From the NCBI GenBank assembly GCA_964405455.1, contig CAYOOA010000004.1:5342-69341 (forward strand): 64,000 nucleotides of DNA, in the 5' to 3' direction. Below, piece by piece: positions 1-10,262 of the stretch. The notes beneath the pieces were generated by a model. It did no database searches and was not told the origin of the DNA. It saw only the letters and a list, made by a program, of their open reading frames with translations. How positions within the stretch are numbered: position 1 is the stretch's first letter; each line of letters starts with the position of its first letter. The position numbers and the translations under genes were made by a program. This DNA comes from an uncultured Anaerolineaceae bacterium. GTDB taxonomy: Bacteria > Chloroflexota > Anaerolineae > Anaerolineales > Anaerolineaceae.

Positions 1-13
1 GGCCTGGGCTGAG

Positions 14-259
14 TTGAAGAATGAATTGCGCCAGCAGGTGCATGACCTTTTGAAGGAGCGCGGTTGGGATCTCCTTCCGGCGGATGCGGATCGAACCCGC
101 CTGCCTGGATTTCTGACAGAATGGCCGAAAGAGGAAGATTACGATACGTTGGGAGCCGCTTTTACGGCCAAATACCTGCAGGTGGAAGTGAATGAAAATG
201 ATCTACGCCTGATGGTGGTTTGGATCGGCGGTCGGCTGCCGTACAGTTCTGCTGATTAA
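14..259 (+). CDS. hypothetical protein, probably the C-terminal fragment of a gene starting left of the window
   Basis: The frame stays open back to position 2 with no upstream stop. TTG at 14 is only an internal candidate start. No recognisable motif. Stop TAA at 257-259 overlaps the scpA stop (TTAA). Confidence 0.35.
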   Translation: MKNELRQQVHDLLKERGWDLLPADADRTRLPGFLTEWPKEEDYDTLGAAFTAKYLQVEVNENDLRLMVVWIGGRLPYSSAD

Positions 260-1038
260 TCCACAAAATCGAGCGGCGTTTCTTCATCTTCCCCGCTGCC
301 GGTCGGGCTGATTTCAATTTCCCCAAATAATTCATCCTGCTTGGCTTCCACCACCCGGCGCTTGATTAATTCCAGCATGGCCAGGAAAGTGACTACCACC
401 TCAAGACGAGTGGGGGCATGCAGCAGGTTGTGAAAGCTGGCCAGGGGTGAAATGCGCAGCGCTCCCAGGATGGTCTGGATCCGGTCGCGAATGGTGATGC
501 GCGGTTGATTGACAACCTGTCCCAGTGCGGGCAGGTTGATTTTTGTGAACAGGACCTCTCGGGCGGCCTGGACCAGGTCTGAAATCCCGATCCCGGTCAG
601 ATCCAGGCGGGCTTCCACCTGCAAGGGTGGGGGCGCCGTCCGCAGGTGGGTTTGCAGCCCGCTTTCTTCCAGGCTTTGCAGGTGGCCGGCCAGTTGCTTG
701 AAGCGGCGGTATTGGATCAACTGGCGAGCCAGGAGTTCAGCCGGATCCTCTTCAGGGGTTAAGTTTTCAGTTACGGGAGGTCGAGGCAGCAATGCGGCTG
801 ATTTGATCTGCACCAGGCGGGCTGCAATCACCAGAAAAGCTGATACTTCAGCCGGATTTTCGTTTTCGATGAGTTTCAGGTATTCCAAGTATTGATTGGT
901 CACCTGGGCCAGGGCCAGGCGGGTGATATCCAACTCGGCGCGCTCAATTAATTGGAGCAGTAGATCCAGCGGGCCTTCATAAACTGGCGTGCTGACCTGG
1001 TAACCTTCCGTCTGGTGCCCGGCGATATTCATACTCAC
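256..1038 (-). CDS. scpA: segregation and condensation protein A (kleisin)
   Basis: 260-aa ORF with the N-terminal ScpA signature '[37 protein letters not shown]'. GTG start at 1038. Confidence 0.9.
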   Translation of the reverse strand: MSMNIAGHQTEGYQVSTPVYEGPLDLLLQLIERAELDITRLALAQVTNQYLEYLKLIENENPAEVSAFLVIAARLVQIKSAALLPRPPVTENLTPEEDPAELLARQLIQYRRFKQLAGHLQSLEESGLQTHLRTAPPPLQVEARLDLTGIGISDLVQAAREVLFTKINLPALGQVVNQPRITIRDRIQTILGALRISPLASFHNLLHAPTRLEVVVTFLAMLELIKRRVVEAKQDELFGEIEISPTGSGEDEETPLDFVD

Positions 1039-1045
1039 GGGCGAT

Positions 1046-1069
1046 ATTATAGCAGATAGGCATTATAAT
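1046..1069. promoter_or_regulatory. back-to-back -10 boxes for divergent scpA and moaC (candidate leaderless transcripts)
   Basis: Plus-strand TATAAT at 1064-1069 lies 6 nt before ATG 1076. Minus-strand TATAAT at 1051-1046 lies 7 nt before GTG 1038. Neither start has a Shine-Dalgarno sequence. Confidence 0.4.
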
Positions 1070-1075
1070 TTGGGT

Positions 1076-1561
1076 ATGTCTGATGAACGCTTAACTCACC
1101 TCGACGAAAACGGGCAGGCACACATGGTGGATGTGAGTGCCAAACCGGATACGGAGCGCACAGCCATCGCCCGCGGTGAGGTACACCTTCGCATTGAAAC
1201 ATTGGCATTGATTAGCCAAGGTTTGATGAAGAAGGGTGATGTGCTCGGGGTGGCGCGTATAGCCGGGATCCAGGCGGCCAAGAAGACATCGGAGCTCATC
1301 CCATTATGTCATCCACTGCCGATCCACCAGGTGCAGATCCAAGTAGACCTGGATGAACAGCTTCCAGGGATCAAGATCGAAGCCAGGGTGAAGACCAGCG
1401 GGAAAACCGGTGTTGAAATGGAAGCATTGACCGCCGTTTCGGTGGCTGCTTTGACCATTTATGACATGGTGAAAGCGGTTGAACGCTCAGCCCATATTGA
1501 GAATATCCGGCTGGTGGAAAAACACGGCGGTCGGAGCGGGGACGTGGTATTGGAAGAATGA
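1076..1561 (+). CDS. moaC: cyclic pyranopterin monophosphate synthase MoaC
   Basis: Motifs '[25 protein letters not shown]', '[10 protein letters not shown]' and 'EMEALTA'. ATG 1076 is preferred over TTG 1070, which abuts the -10 box. Confidence 0.9.
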   Translation: MSDERLTHLDENGQAHMVDVSAKPDTERTAIARGEVHLRIETLALISQGLMKKGDVLGVARIAGIQAAKKTSELIPLCHPLPIHQVQIQVDLDEQLPGIKIEARVKTSGKTGVEMEALTAVSVAALTIYDMVKAVERSAHIENIRLVEKHGGRSGDVVLEE

Positions 1562-2262
1562 AGATCATACAGGTTTTACTGTTTGCCACTCTCAAAGATC
1601 GAGCCGGATCCAATCGGGTCCAGGTTGAATTGGCGCAACCTGTCAGCGTGGCTGCCCTGAAAACCGCCATGGCCGGGGCATATCCAACCCTGGCTGATTA
1701 CCTGCCCAATGTGCTGGTGGCTGTCAACCAGTCGTACGCATTTGACGAAGATATCATCCCCGATGGTGCAGAGGTGGCCATGTTTCCGCCCGTTTCAGGC
1801 GGAGACCACGGGCCAACCATCCTGAAAATTGTAGAAGGTCCGCTGGACCTGGACGATTTGACAGCGCAAATCACCCTGCCGACAACCGGAGCCATTTGCA
1901 TGTTCACCGGCGTGGTCCGCGGCTCCACCCTGAGGGGTGAAGCCCATGAGACCAGTGAATTGTTCTATGAGGCCTATGTGCCGATGGCAGAAGCAAAATT
2001 ACAGCAGGTGGCGGATGAAATCAGGACGCGCTGGCCTGCAGTGGAAGGGATTGTGCTGGTTCAGCGGGTGGGACGCTTGCAACCGGGCACACCCACCATC
2101 CTGGTAGCCTGTTCGGCCGCCCACCGGGATACCGGTGCATTCGATGCCGCCCGTTACGGGATTGATCGGATCAAGGAAATTGTGCCCATCTGGAAAAAAG
2201 AAATCTCTCCATCCGGAGAAAGCTGGGTGGAGGGTGAATACATCCCGGGTGCTGGAGATTAA
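1558..2262 (+). CDS. fused molybdopterin synthase small (MoaD) and large (MoaE) subunits, MoaX-like
   Basis: The N-terminal 82 aa form a ubiquitin-like MoaD ending in 'FPPVSGG' (Gly81-Gly82, nt 1798-1803). The rest is MoaE-like ('[12 protein letters not shown]...PIWKKE'). ATGA overlap with moaC. Confidence 0.85.
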   Translation: MKIIQVLLFATLKDRAGSNRVQVELAQPVSVAALKTAMAGAYPTLADYLPNVLVAVNQSYAFDEDIIPDGAEVAMFPPVSGGDHGPTILKIVEGPLDLDDLTAQITLPTTGAICMFTGVVRGSTLRGEAHETSELFYEAYVPMAEAKLQQVADEIRTRWPAVEGIVLVQRVGRLQPGTPTILVACSAAHRDTGAFDAARYGIDRIKEIVPIWKKEISPSGESWVEGEYIPGAGD

Positions 2263-2264
2263 GG

Positions 2265-3362
2265 ATGCCAACCATCCGCTGCATGAGTTGTGGAGAGCCA
2301 TACCCTGAAAAGGGGATTCCTTTTCGCTGCCCAAAATGCGGGGGAGTGTATGATTTTAACGGTCCTCCCGATTTTAATCCAAACAAAATCGAACCTGGCC
2401 TGCCCGGTTACTGGCGCTACCGACACTCATTCAACCTGGCTGAGAAAGCACCGATGATTTCTCTAGGGGAAGGACGAACTCCGCTCATCTGGGTGGAGGA
2501 GCGCGGGCAACGGGTGGGGCTGAAAATGGAGCATCTAAACCCAACCGGTTCTTATAAGGATCGAGGCAGCTCTGTGCTGATGAGCCAACTGGCAGCCAGG
2601 GGGGCAACCGAGGCGGTTGAGGATTCCTCCGGAAATGCCGGCGCATCCTTTGCAGCCTACGCCGCCCGGGCGGGAATCCGGGCGCGAGTGTATGTACCAG
2701 AAAGCGCCTCGGGGCCTAAACGGACGCAAATCGAAAAGGTCGGTGCTGAACTGGTGAGCGTGCCAGGTCCCCGCTCTGCCGCTGCCGAGGTGGTTTTAAA
2801 GGAAGCTGAAAAGGGCATCCCATACGGCAGCCATGCCTACCTCCCATTCGGACTGCCAGGGATCGCAACCATTGCCTATGAACTTTGGGAAGAGCTGGGT
2901 GACGCACCGGGTACGGTTATTGCGCCGGTTGGACATGGTGGGTTGTTACTGGGGATCGTACGGGGGTTTGCCTCCCTGCGTAATGCCGGCCTGATTAAAC
3001 AGGAGCCTTTTTATGCAGCGGTCCAGGCAGCCAACTGCGCGCCAATGGTAGCTGCCGCCAAAAATGGGATACAAGCTTTGCAGGACCTACAGGAAGCGCC
3101 AACCATTGCTGAAGGGGTACGCGTTCGCTGGCCAGTCCGTGTTGAAACACTATTAAATGAAATGGACCCTGCACGGCGCATGATCCTGGGAATCGGCGAA
3201 GAAAAATTATTGCAGGCCTTTCATGATTTACCCAGGCACGGAGTGCATGTGGAACCGACTTCCGCCCTGGCCTGGGCTGCCTTCCAGAAAAACCTGGGAA
3301 TTTTCCCGGAGCCCGTGGTAATCATCCTGACGGGTTCAGGGTTAAAATCAACCATATCCTGA
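2265..3362 (+). CDS. threonine synthase-like PLP-dependent enzyme with an N-terminal Cys4 zinc ribbon
   Basis: Motifs 'CMSCGEPYPEKGIPFRCPKCGG', 'GEGRTPL', 'NPTGSYKDRG' (PLP lysine) and 'DSSGNAGASFAAYAARAG'. Starts 2 nt after the moaDE stop. Confidence 0.7.
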   Translation: MPTIRCMSCGEPYPEKGIPFRCPKCGGVYDFNGPPDFNPNKIEPGLPGYWRYRHSFNLAEKAPMISLGEGRTPLIWVEERGQRVGLKMEHLNPTGSYKDRGSSVLMSQLAARGATEAVEDSSGNAGASFAAYAARAGIRARVYVPESASGPKRTQIEKVGAELVSVPGPRSAAAEVVLKEAEKGIPYGSHAYLPFGLPGIATIAYELWEELGDAPGTVIAPVGHGGLLLGIVRGFASLRNAGLIKQEPFYAAVQAANCAPMVAAAKNGIQALQDLQEAPTIAEGVRVRWPVRVETLLNEMDPARRMILGIGEEKLLQAFHDLPRHGVHVEPTSALAWAAFQKNLGIFPEPVVIILTGSGLKSTIS

Positions 3363-3443
3363 AGAATGGAAACAAATGGAGCGCCAGCTCCCGGACCGAC
3401 CGGGTAGGTGGCTGACGTCCCCTGCGTTTCCGGGAGGAAATAG

Positions 3444-4163
3444 ATGGCATTTTTAAGCCAACCGGCCGCTGAGGAAACCCCTCAGGAGTTAGCCAATCGA
3501 CTGAACTTGAAATTTAATGACTGGCTGCTGCTCAGCCGGGCATTAACTCACCGTTCTTTTTTGAATGAACACCAGGAAGCCCTGGAAGATAATGAGCGGC
3601 TTGAATTCCTGGGTGATGCCGTGCTCGATTTCGTAGTCGGAGCATGGCTATATAACCGCTACCCGGAAATGCCGGAAGGCGATCTGACCCGGATGCGCTC
3701 AGCCCTGGTCCACACGCAACGCCTGGCGTTTTTCGCCCGCAAGATCCAACTGGGCAAAGCCATGCGCCTGGGGCGGGGCGAAGCCCAAAATGGCGGCCGG
3801 GATCGGGATCCTCTGTTGTGTGACACCTTTGAGGCCCTGGTGGGTGCAATTTACCTGGACCAGGGGCTGGATGGGGTCAATCAATTCATCTTCCCCTTGC
3901 TGCTGGGTTCAGAAATGGATGTGTTTGTTCATCACCGCGAAGAGGATCCGAAAAGCCTGTTCCAGGAGTGGGCGCAATCCCAGGGATTGCCCACACCGCA
4001 ATATGTCACGCGCAATATCAGCGGGCCGGATCACTCCAAGGTTTTTGATGTGGATGTGTTGATCGATGGTGAGGTGTACGGTTCGGGCAGCGGACACAGC
4101 AAGCAAATGGCGACCAAGGCAGCCGCAGCCAATGCCCTGGAAAAACTGGGAATCGGTGGATAG
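3444..4163 (+). CDS. rnc: ribonuclease III
   Basis: RNase III signature 'NERLEFLGDAVLD' plus a C-terminal dsRBD ('SGPDHSKVFDVDVLIDG...GSGHSKQMATKAAA'). GGAGG SD upstream. Confidence 0.92.
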   Translation: MAFLSQPAAEETPQELANRLNLKFNDWLLLSRALTHRSFLNEHQEALEDNERLEFLGDAVLDFVVGAWLYNRYPEMPEGDLTRMRSALVHTQRLAFFARKIQLGKAMRLGRGEAQNGGRDRDPLLCDTFEALVGAIYLDQGLDGVNQFIFPLLLGSEMDVFVHHREEDPKSLFQEWAQSQGLPTPQYVTRNISGPDHSKVFDVDVLIDGEVYGSGSGHSKQMATKAAAANALEKLGIGG

Positions 4164-4172
4164 GAAAAAGAT

Positions 4173-7100
4173 TTGGCAACCCGACTGAAATCTCTCGAAC
4201 TGCATGGTTATAAGACATTTGCCAGCCGGACGGTATTTGAGTTCCCGGAGCAAATCACCGCCATTGTCGGGCCGAATGGGTCCGGGAAATCCAACATTGC
4301 AGATGCCATCCGCTGGGTGCTGGGAGAGCAATCCTATTCACTGCTGCGCGGGCGGAAAACGGAGGATATGATTTTCTCCGGCTCGGAACAGCGTCCGCGG
4401 GCCGGGATGGCTTCGGCGGCGATTATTTTTGATAATGCAGACGGCTGGCTGCCGATCGACTATTCCGAAGTATCACTAGCCCGGCGTGCTTACCGGGATG
4501 GAAATAATGAATACCTGATCAACAACCAGCGGGTTCGGCTGAAGGAAATCTCAGAGTTGCTGGCTCAATCCGGCCTGGCTGAACGAACCTATACGATCAT
4601 CGGTCAAGGCCTGGTGGATGCAGCGCTCTCGCTGAAGCCGGAAGAAAGACGCCGATTCTTTGAGGAAGCTGCAGGGATTGGTCTCTACAGAAGCCGGCGG
4701 GAGGATGCCCTGAATCGCCTGGAAACCACCAAGCGCAACCTGGAACGGGTGCAGGATATCCTTGTTGAATTAGAGCCTCGCCTGGCGACATTGGAACGAC
4801 AGGCCCGCCGTGCGGCTGAATACGAGCGCATTAAGGCCGATCTACGCGTGCTCTTACGGGATTGGTACGGCTACTACTGGCATCACAGCAATGCAGAACT
4901 GGCGCACGCCCGCGAAACGTTGAAAGTACAGGAAGCCCGGTTGGAGCAAGCCCGCAACCGGATGGAACAGGTGACCACGGAAGTGGAAGCACTTCGGGCA
5001 AGAATGCAAACAGCCCGAATGAGTTTGAATGAATGGCATACACAATCGGCTGAAGTCCACAGACAGTGGGAGCAGGTCAGCCGAAACCTGGCCGTGCTGG
5101 AGGAGCGCCAACGAGCATTAAGCAACAGTCAGGGCGGACTGACAGCGGATTTGACCCGATTATCCGAGGAGGAACAGGTCCAACTCAACCGCCTGGCCAA
5201 CCTGGAGGCGGAGCAGAAACGCCTGCAACAGGAATTGGATGACTCCAACCGGCAATTGGCAGAGGCGCAACAATTAATGCAGATCCGCCAGAAAGAAAGA
5301 GACCGGGTGGACACCTTGCTGCGCGAAGCCCGCCGGGTGCTGGTCAGTCTGGAAACCGGGCAGGTTCAAGGGAAAGCGCACTTATCCGAGGTTGCCAACC
5401 GCCTGGATGGATTACGCCGAACACTTGAGAATTATCGTAATAGCCTAAAAACAGATGAACAGGCGGTTGCACAGGCGCAGACCCTGGTGGAGCGGGCGAA
5501 GACCCACCGCGAGGAGGCTGAAGAAGAACTACATCAATTTGAAGAGGAGCTGGTGGTTCAACGCCGGCAATTGACCAGCCTGGAAAACGAGCGCCGCAAT
5601 TTGCAGGATGGCCGGGCCCGCCTGGAAGCTGACCTGAGTCGCGCCAAAGCCCAACTGGAAGTACTTGAGCAAGCTGAGCGCAGCCTGAGCGGGATGGGAC
5701 AGGGCGCCCGAAACCTGGTCCAGGCGGCCAGGCAGGGAAAATTAAAAGCAGGTATCCGGGCGCTTTCCACCGACCTGGTTGTGCCCCAGGAGCTTGAAAC
5801 GGCTATCGCTGCCGCCCTATCCGATTTACTGGATGGGCTGGTGATTGATCCTGATAACGTTGAGTTGGTTTTGGATTTCCTGGCCAATGGTGACCAGGGG
5901 CGTGCCAATATCGTCACCCGGGATGCCAGGGCTCACTTAATCGATGCACCTCAAGCTGATCCTGACTGCCTGGGTGTGGCATCCCGGTTGGTTAAGGCAC
6001 CGGATGAAGTACAACCGATCCTGGATGTCCTGCTTGGAATGGTCCTGGTGGTGCGCAATCGTGCGGCTGCCCGCAGACTTGCGTCAACATTGCCGGTAGG
6101 CGCGCGCGCGGTCACCTTACAGGGCGAGGTGTATTGGTCAAATGGTATCATTTCAGCCGGTAAGGAGAATCGCGGTGCAGTGGTTGCCAGGCCGCGCCAG
6201 CGGTTGGATTTGCAGGAAGCAGTTCAAAACAGCCAGGCGAACCTGACGGAAAGCCTGACCCAGATCCAATGTGTAGATGGAGCACTGCAACATAGCCGTG
6301 AAATGGCTCAGAAACTGGAACAAGAGACCCGGAATGTATCCAGCCGGGTGAACCAACTTAACCAGGAAGTCCAGCAGGCCACACTAAACCTCGAAAAACT
6401 GCGCCAAAAGATCGAATGGCAGCGCGGCCAGATTGCCGAGGTGGAGAAGCAGATTCGGGCAGCAGAAGAGGACCGCAAAAGGACCCAGGAGCAAATTGAT
6501 TCTGCCGGTGCCAGGATTCAACAGGCCAATGACCAGGTACGCGACCACAACCGCACCCTGGGCGGGTTGCCCCTGGAGGAATTACAAAGCCAGGTGACTC
6601 ACTGGAATACCAGCGTTGCGGTCACCGGTCGGGCTACTCATGAAATCTCCGCCCGGGTGAAGGATGCCCGGCTGGATACAGAGGCCAACCGCCTTCAACA
6701 ACAGACTCTCCGCGAGCGCATCAGCGCCAATTCAAATGCGTTGGGGCAAGCCGAGCGCGAAAAATCGGAATTGCTGCAACAACAAGCCCGGCTGGACGCA
6801 GAAATTGCTGCCTTACAGGTCAAAATTGAACCGGCCGAAGCTGAATTATATGCCCTGGAGCAAGAATACTCCCGCCTGCAGGCCAACCAGGCTGCAGCCC
6901 AGCAAGCCCTGGGCGTGGCAGATCGATATGCCGTCCAGGCACAGACTGAATTGTCTCACCAACGAGACGCGTTGGACAACCTGCGCCGGCGGATTGAAGA
7001 TGATTTTGGGCTGGTGGCTTTTGAATACTCTGAACAGGTGGAAGGGCAGACGACATTGCCTTTTGATGGTATGGTCGAACAATTGCCGCAAATCCATGAA

Positions 7101-7772
7101 TTGCCGGCCGACCTTGAGGAGAATATCAATCGGCAGCGAGCGCAACTGCGCCGGATGGGACAGATCAGCCCGGAAGCGCTGGCTGAATACCGCGAAGTAA
7201 AAGAGCGACGTGATTTCATGGTCAGCCAGGTGGAAGATCTGAAAAAGGCGGATGCCGACCTTCGCCAGGTGATCGCCGAATTGGATGAGCTGATGAAACG
7301 TGAATTCCGCAAAACTTTCACTGCGGTCGCGGCGGAATTCCGCCAGATGTTCACGCGCCTGTTCAACGGCGGTTCAGCGACTCTGGAACTGGTGGATGAG
7401 GAAAACCTGGCTGAGGCAGGGATTGAGATTGAAGCGCGTCTGCCAGGCCGCCGCGAACAGGGCCTTTCCTTACTCTCAGGCGGAGAACGCAGTTTGACGG
7501 CGGCCGCGCTGGTTTTTTCACTTCTGAAGGTTTCTCCCACGCCGTTTTGTGTGCTGGATGAAGTGGATGCGATGCTTGATGAAGCTAACGTAGGCCGTTA
7601 CCGCGATTTATTGCGTGAATTGAGCGAGAAGACACAATTCATCGTCATCACACATAACCGGAATACTGTCCAGGCGGCGGATGTCATTTACGGTGTAACG
7701 ATGGGGCGCGACTCAGCCAGCCAGGTGATCAGCCTGAAATTAGATGAAATCAGCGACGACATGGTGAGGTAA
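4173..7772 (+). CDS. smc: chromosome partition protein SMC
   Basis: 1199 aa. Walker A 'GPNGSGKSN', long coiled coils, a hinge, C-motif 'LSGGERSL' and Walker B '[12 protein letters not shown]'. Conserved rnc-smc synteny. Confidence 0.95.
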   Translation: MATRLKSLELHGYKTFASRTVFEFPEQITAIVGPNGSGKSNIADAIRWVLGEQSYSLLRGRKTEDMIFSGSEQRPRAGMASAAIIFDNADGWLPIDYSEVSLARRAYRDGNNEYLINNQRVRLKEISELLAQSGLAERTYTIIGQGLVDAALSLKPEERRRFFEEAAGIGLYRSRREDALNRLETTKRNLERVQDILVELEPRLATLERQARRAAEYERIKADLRVLLRDWYGYYWHHSNAELAHARETLKVQEARLEQARNRMEQVTTEVEALRARMQTARMSLNEWHTQSAEVHRQWEQVSRNLAVLEERQRALSNSQGGLTADLTRLSEEEQVQLNRLANLEAEQKRLQQELDDSNRQLAEAQQLMQIRQKERDRVDTLLREARRVLVSLETGQVQGKAHLSEVANRLDGLRRTLENYRNSLKTDEQAVAQAQTLVERAKTHREEAEEELHQFEEELVVQRRQLTSLENERRNLQDGRARLEADLSRAKAQLEVLEQAERSLSGMGQGARNLVQAARQGKLKAGIRALSTDLVVPQELETAIAAALSDLLDGLVIDPDNVELVLDFLANGDQGRANIVTRDARAHLIDAPQADPDCLGVASRLVKAPDEVQPILDVLLGMVLVVRNRAAARRLASTLPVGARAVTLQGEVYWSNGIISAGKENRGAVVARPRQRLDLQEAVQNSQANLTESLTQIQCVDGALQHSREMAQKLEQETRNVSSRVNQLNQEVQQATLNLEKLRQKIEWQRGQIAEVEKQIRAAEEDRKRTQEQIDSAGARIQQANDQVRDHNRTLGGLPLEELQSQVTHWNTSVAVTGRATHEISARVKDARLDTEANRLQQQTLRERISANSNALGQAEREKSELLQQQARLDAEIAALQVKIEPAEAELYALEQEYSRLQANQAAAQQALGVADRYAVQAQTELSHQRDALDNLRRRIEDDFGLVAFEYSEQVEGQTTLPFDGMVEQLPQIHELPADLEENINRQRAQLRRMGQISPEALAEYREVKERRDFMVSQVEDLKKADADLRQVIAELDELMKREFRKTFTAVAAEFRQMFTRLFNGGSATLELVDEENLAEAGIEIEARLPGRREQGLSLLSGGERSLTAAALVFSLLKVSPTPFCVLDEVDAMLDEANVGRYRDLLRELSEKTQFIVITHNRNTVQAADVIYGVTMGRDSASQVISLKLDEISDDMVR

Positions 7773-7774
7773 GC

Positions 7775-7804
7775 AAAACGCCCCGGCAGAAACCGGGGCG
7801 TTTT
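7775..7804. terminator. bidirectional intrinsic terminator between convergent smc and the PPIase gene
   Basis: AAAACGCCCCGG-cagaaa-CCGGGGCGTTTT, a perfect GC-rich stem flanked by an A-run and a T-run. Confidence 0.8.
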
Positions 7805-7826
7805 CATCAACTGAAAAGCACAGTTA

Positions 7827-9152
7827 TTACTGCGCTACCATATTGGCCGGGATGCTTGGTTCAGTGGGAACCATGTCTGAGGGGATCTCCAGCGTCTTCA
7901 CAGTTTCAGCCGAGGTTTGTTCAGTCAACCAATTGGTAAAGAAGGTGCTCTTGGCGTTCTCAAATTCGGTGGCGGTCAGCGGGACAACACGCTTATCCAG
8001 GACCTGGATAATATGCCAGCCGAAGCTCGTCTGGACGGGGTCGCTGAATTGACCGACTGGCAGGCTAAAGGCAGCCTTCTCAAATTCAGCCACCATCTGG
8101 CCTTTCCCAAACCAGCCCAAGACGCCGCCGGAATCCTTGTTGGATGTGTCCGTCGAGAGTTCCTTGGCAAGGGCATCAAAGGATTCACCAGCTTTCAACC
8201 GCTCCAACACAACCACTGCAGCAGCCTGGTCTGGAACCAGAATATGGCGGGCATAAACTTGTTCCGCCTCGGGCTTCATATCAGTCGTTAAGGCTGCCTT
8301 CACCTTATCGCGCAATAATTGCGAGCGGAAGAGTTCGCGGATATCTTTTTCGTTGAACTGGACTTCGCTCAGGTTGGCGATGGCCGTTTTATACATATTT
8401 TGGTACCCCTCATAGGTGAATTCAGTTGGGGTGGGGGTGATGGTGGAAGTCGGCATGGGCGTGAATGTGGGCGCCGGGGTGGCTGTCGGGGGTTCCGGGG
8501 TGGGAGTCACATTTTCCGGAGTGGCTGTAGCGGTCGGCTCCAGGGTGGCAGAGGGGATCGGCGTCATGGTTACATAGGATAGCAACGTCGATGAGAAGGT
8601 GGGTGTTACAAAGGACGTGGGGGTGAGAGTGGGTGTTGGTGTGCCGTTCGGATAATACTCGAAGGCATCCTCGACAGCCTTGTTCAACTCATCTTCACTG
8701 ATGGAGATGCCGAGCTTCTTGGCTTCCTGGGCAATGACCTTATCCTGGACCATATAATCCAGGATGGTCTTCGCAAAGCCAGCAGAATCAGTAAGCTGAG
8801 TTGAAATTTGGGTCATCTGATCCGTGAAATATTGCTGGAAGCTGGGTTCTCCGGCAAACATCTGGGAGTAGTTGTAAAGATTAGTGTATTGGTTGACCAG
8901 GCGCCAGCGTTCATAACGAACACGGGTTTGAAGATCACGGATGGTGATTTTTTCGCCATTCACGTCGGCAACAGCCCGGTTGGAGCGCAAGACGGTTTGA
9001 TCCAGAATTCCATAACCAATGACGCCAATGATAATGACTGCCACAGCGATCATGGCAATGAGCAGGTAACGCATCTGGTTTTTTTCGCGTTCCTGGCGGG
9101 CAAGATGTTTGCGGTTGGTAGTCCGCGGGGTATTGCTGGAAGAATTTGCCAT
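7827..9152 (-). CDS. membrane-anchored PpiC/parvulin-type peptidyl-prolyl isomerase (PrsA/SurA-like foldase)
   Basis: N-terminal TM helix 'YLLIAMIAVAVIIIGVIGYGI' and a C-terminal parvulin domain 'ARHILV...GVLGWFGKGQMVAEFEKAAF...FGWHIIQV'. A 73-aa Thr/Pro-rich linker separates the domains. Confidence 0.85.
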   Translation of the reverse strand: MANSSSNTPRTTNRKHLARQEREKNQMRYLLIAMIAVAVIIIGVIGYGILDQTVLRSNRAVADVNGEKITIRDLQTRVRYERWRLVNQYTNLYNYSQMFAGEPSFQQYFTDQMTQISTQLTDSAGFAKTILDYMVQDKVIAQEAKKLGISISEDELNKAVEDAFEYYPNGTPTPTLTPTSFVTPTFSSTLLSYVTMTPIPSATLEPTATATPENVTPTPEPPTATPAPTFTPMPTSTITPTPTEFTYEGYQNMYKTAIANLSEVQFNEKDIRELFRSQLLRDKVKAALTTDMKPEAEQVYARHILVPDQAAAVVVLERLKAGESFDALAKELSTDTSNKDSGGVLGWFGKGQMVAEFEKAAFSLPVGQFSDPVQTSFGWHIIQVLDKRVVPLTATEFENAKSTFFTNWLTEQTSAETVKTLEIPSDMVPTEPSIPANMVAQ

Positions 9153-9184
9153 TCTAGGACTAACCTCTTCTCTTCTAAAGAGTT

Positions 9185-9224
9185 GAAAATAATAATGGGG
9201 CAGGGAGCGGTTGCTCCATGCCCC
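9185..9224 (-). terminator. intrinsic terminator after rpsR
   Basis: The minus strand reads GGGGCATGGAGC-AACC-GCTCCCTGCCCC followed by ATTATTATTTT. Confidence 0.65.
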
Positions 9225-9241
9225 GTTGGTTGTATCCCGGC

Positions 9242-9517
9242 TTAGCGGCCGTCGTCCTGGTTAGCGACGAAGGGCAGCAGGCTAACCTGGCGGGCGCGCT
9301 TGATGGCGCGGGCCAGAGCACGCTGGTGCAGCGCGCAGGTTCCGGTTTGCCGGCGGGGGCGGATTTTTCCTTCTTCGGTTACAAAGCGGCGCAGCATATC
9401 GGCGTTCTTATAATCGATTTCAAGGGACTTATCCGCACAGAACTGACAGATTTTTGGTCTGGCCACATAACGCCGCCCATAGGGCTGCTCGTGTTCCAGG
9501 TTCATTTCATCACTCAT
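9242..9517 (-). CDS. rpsR: 30S ribosomal protein S18
   Basis: Motif '[53 protein letters not shown]'. Confidence 0.95.
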   Translation of the reverse strand: MSDEMNLEHEQPYGRRYVARPKICQFCADKSLEIDYKNADMLRRFVTEEGKIRPRRQTGTCALHQRALARAIKRARQVSLLPFVANQDDGR

Positions 9518-9532
9518 TTTTGCTTACTCCAA

Positions 9533-9931
9533 CTAAAACGGAAAATCATCTTCTGGTTCAGACGTCTCTAAGGCGTCAGCGGTGTGATTATTCTCGCGGC
9601 GTTCACCGAGCATCATCATTTCGCTGGCAACAATCTCGACGCTGGTATGCTTGACGTTTTCATTGTCTTCCCAGCGGCGGGTTTGCAGACGGCCTTCCAC
9701 ATAGACCTGCTGGCCCTTGGTAAGGTATTGTTTGCAAATTTCTGCCAGGTTGCCCCAGGCAACCACATTGAACCATTCGGTTTCGGAATGGCGCTCGCCA
9801 TCCCCGGTGCTCCACGTACGGCTGGTTGCCACAGTGAAGGTGGTCACCGGTCGACCGGAAGGGGTGTAGCGCATTTCCGGATCGCGACCCAGATGGCCAA
9901 TAATCATGACTTTGTTTAATCCTCGGCTCAT
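9533..9931 (-). CDS. ssb: single-stranded DNA-binding protein
   Basis: OB-fold N-terminus 'LNKVMIIGHLGRDPEMRYTPSGRPVTTFTVA' and the acidic C-terminal tip 'EDDFPF'. Confidence 0.95.
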   Translation of the reverse strand: MSRGLNKVMIIGHLGRDPEMRYTPSGRPVTTFTVATSRTWSTGDGERHSETEWFNVVAWGNLAEICKQYLTKGQQVYVEGRLQTRRWEDNENVKHTSVEIVASEMMMLGERRENNHTADALETSEPEDDFPF

Positions 9932-9977
9932 TGAATATCACTCCGTTGTACTGACCAATGAGACAAATGATACGATC

Positions 9978-10262
9978 TCAGTCGTTGACTGTGATCAGGA
10001 ACCGCAGCACGGGTTCCAGGAAGCGCAGGTTGCGTTCAAGCGTGGCGTTGAATGTGGGGTTGAGATTGGCCTGAATGAGCACAAAGTGCCCTTCACGCTG
10101 CTTGCGAATGGGATTGGCCAGGCGGCGCTTCCCCCACAAATCAACTTTGGCAACCTCTCCACCGGCTTCTACAATCCAGCCCTTAACCTTATCGACGAGA
10201 GCGGTGAACGCATTCTCGTCCAGGTCCGACTGGACAACCAGCACGATATCATAATTGCGCAT
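9978..10262 (-). CDS. rpsF: 30S ribosomal protein S6
   Basis: 'MRNYDIVLVVQSDLDE...WGKRRLANPI' in the classic rpsF-ssb-rpsR order. AGGAGG SD. Confidence 0.95.
   Translation of the reverse strand: MRNYDIVLVVQSDLDENAFTALVDKVKGWIVEAGGEVAKVDLWGKRRLANPIRKQREGHFVLIQANLNPTFNATLERNLRFLEPVLRFLITVND

Noticed and set aside
1039-1075. Possible Moco riboswitch upstream of moaC
   Set aside because: The spacer is only 37 nt, far too short for the ~130-nt Moco RNA motif, and no conserved stems are visible.
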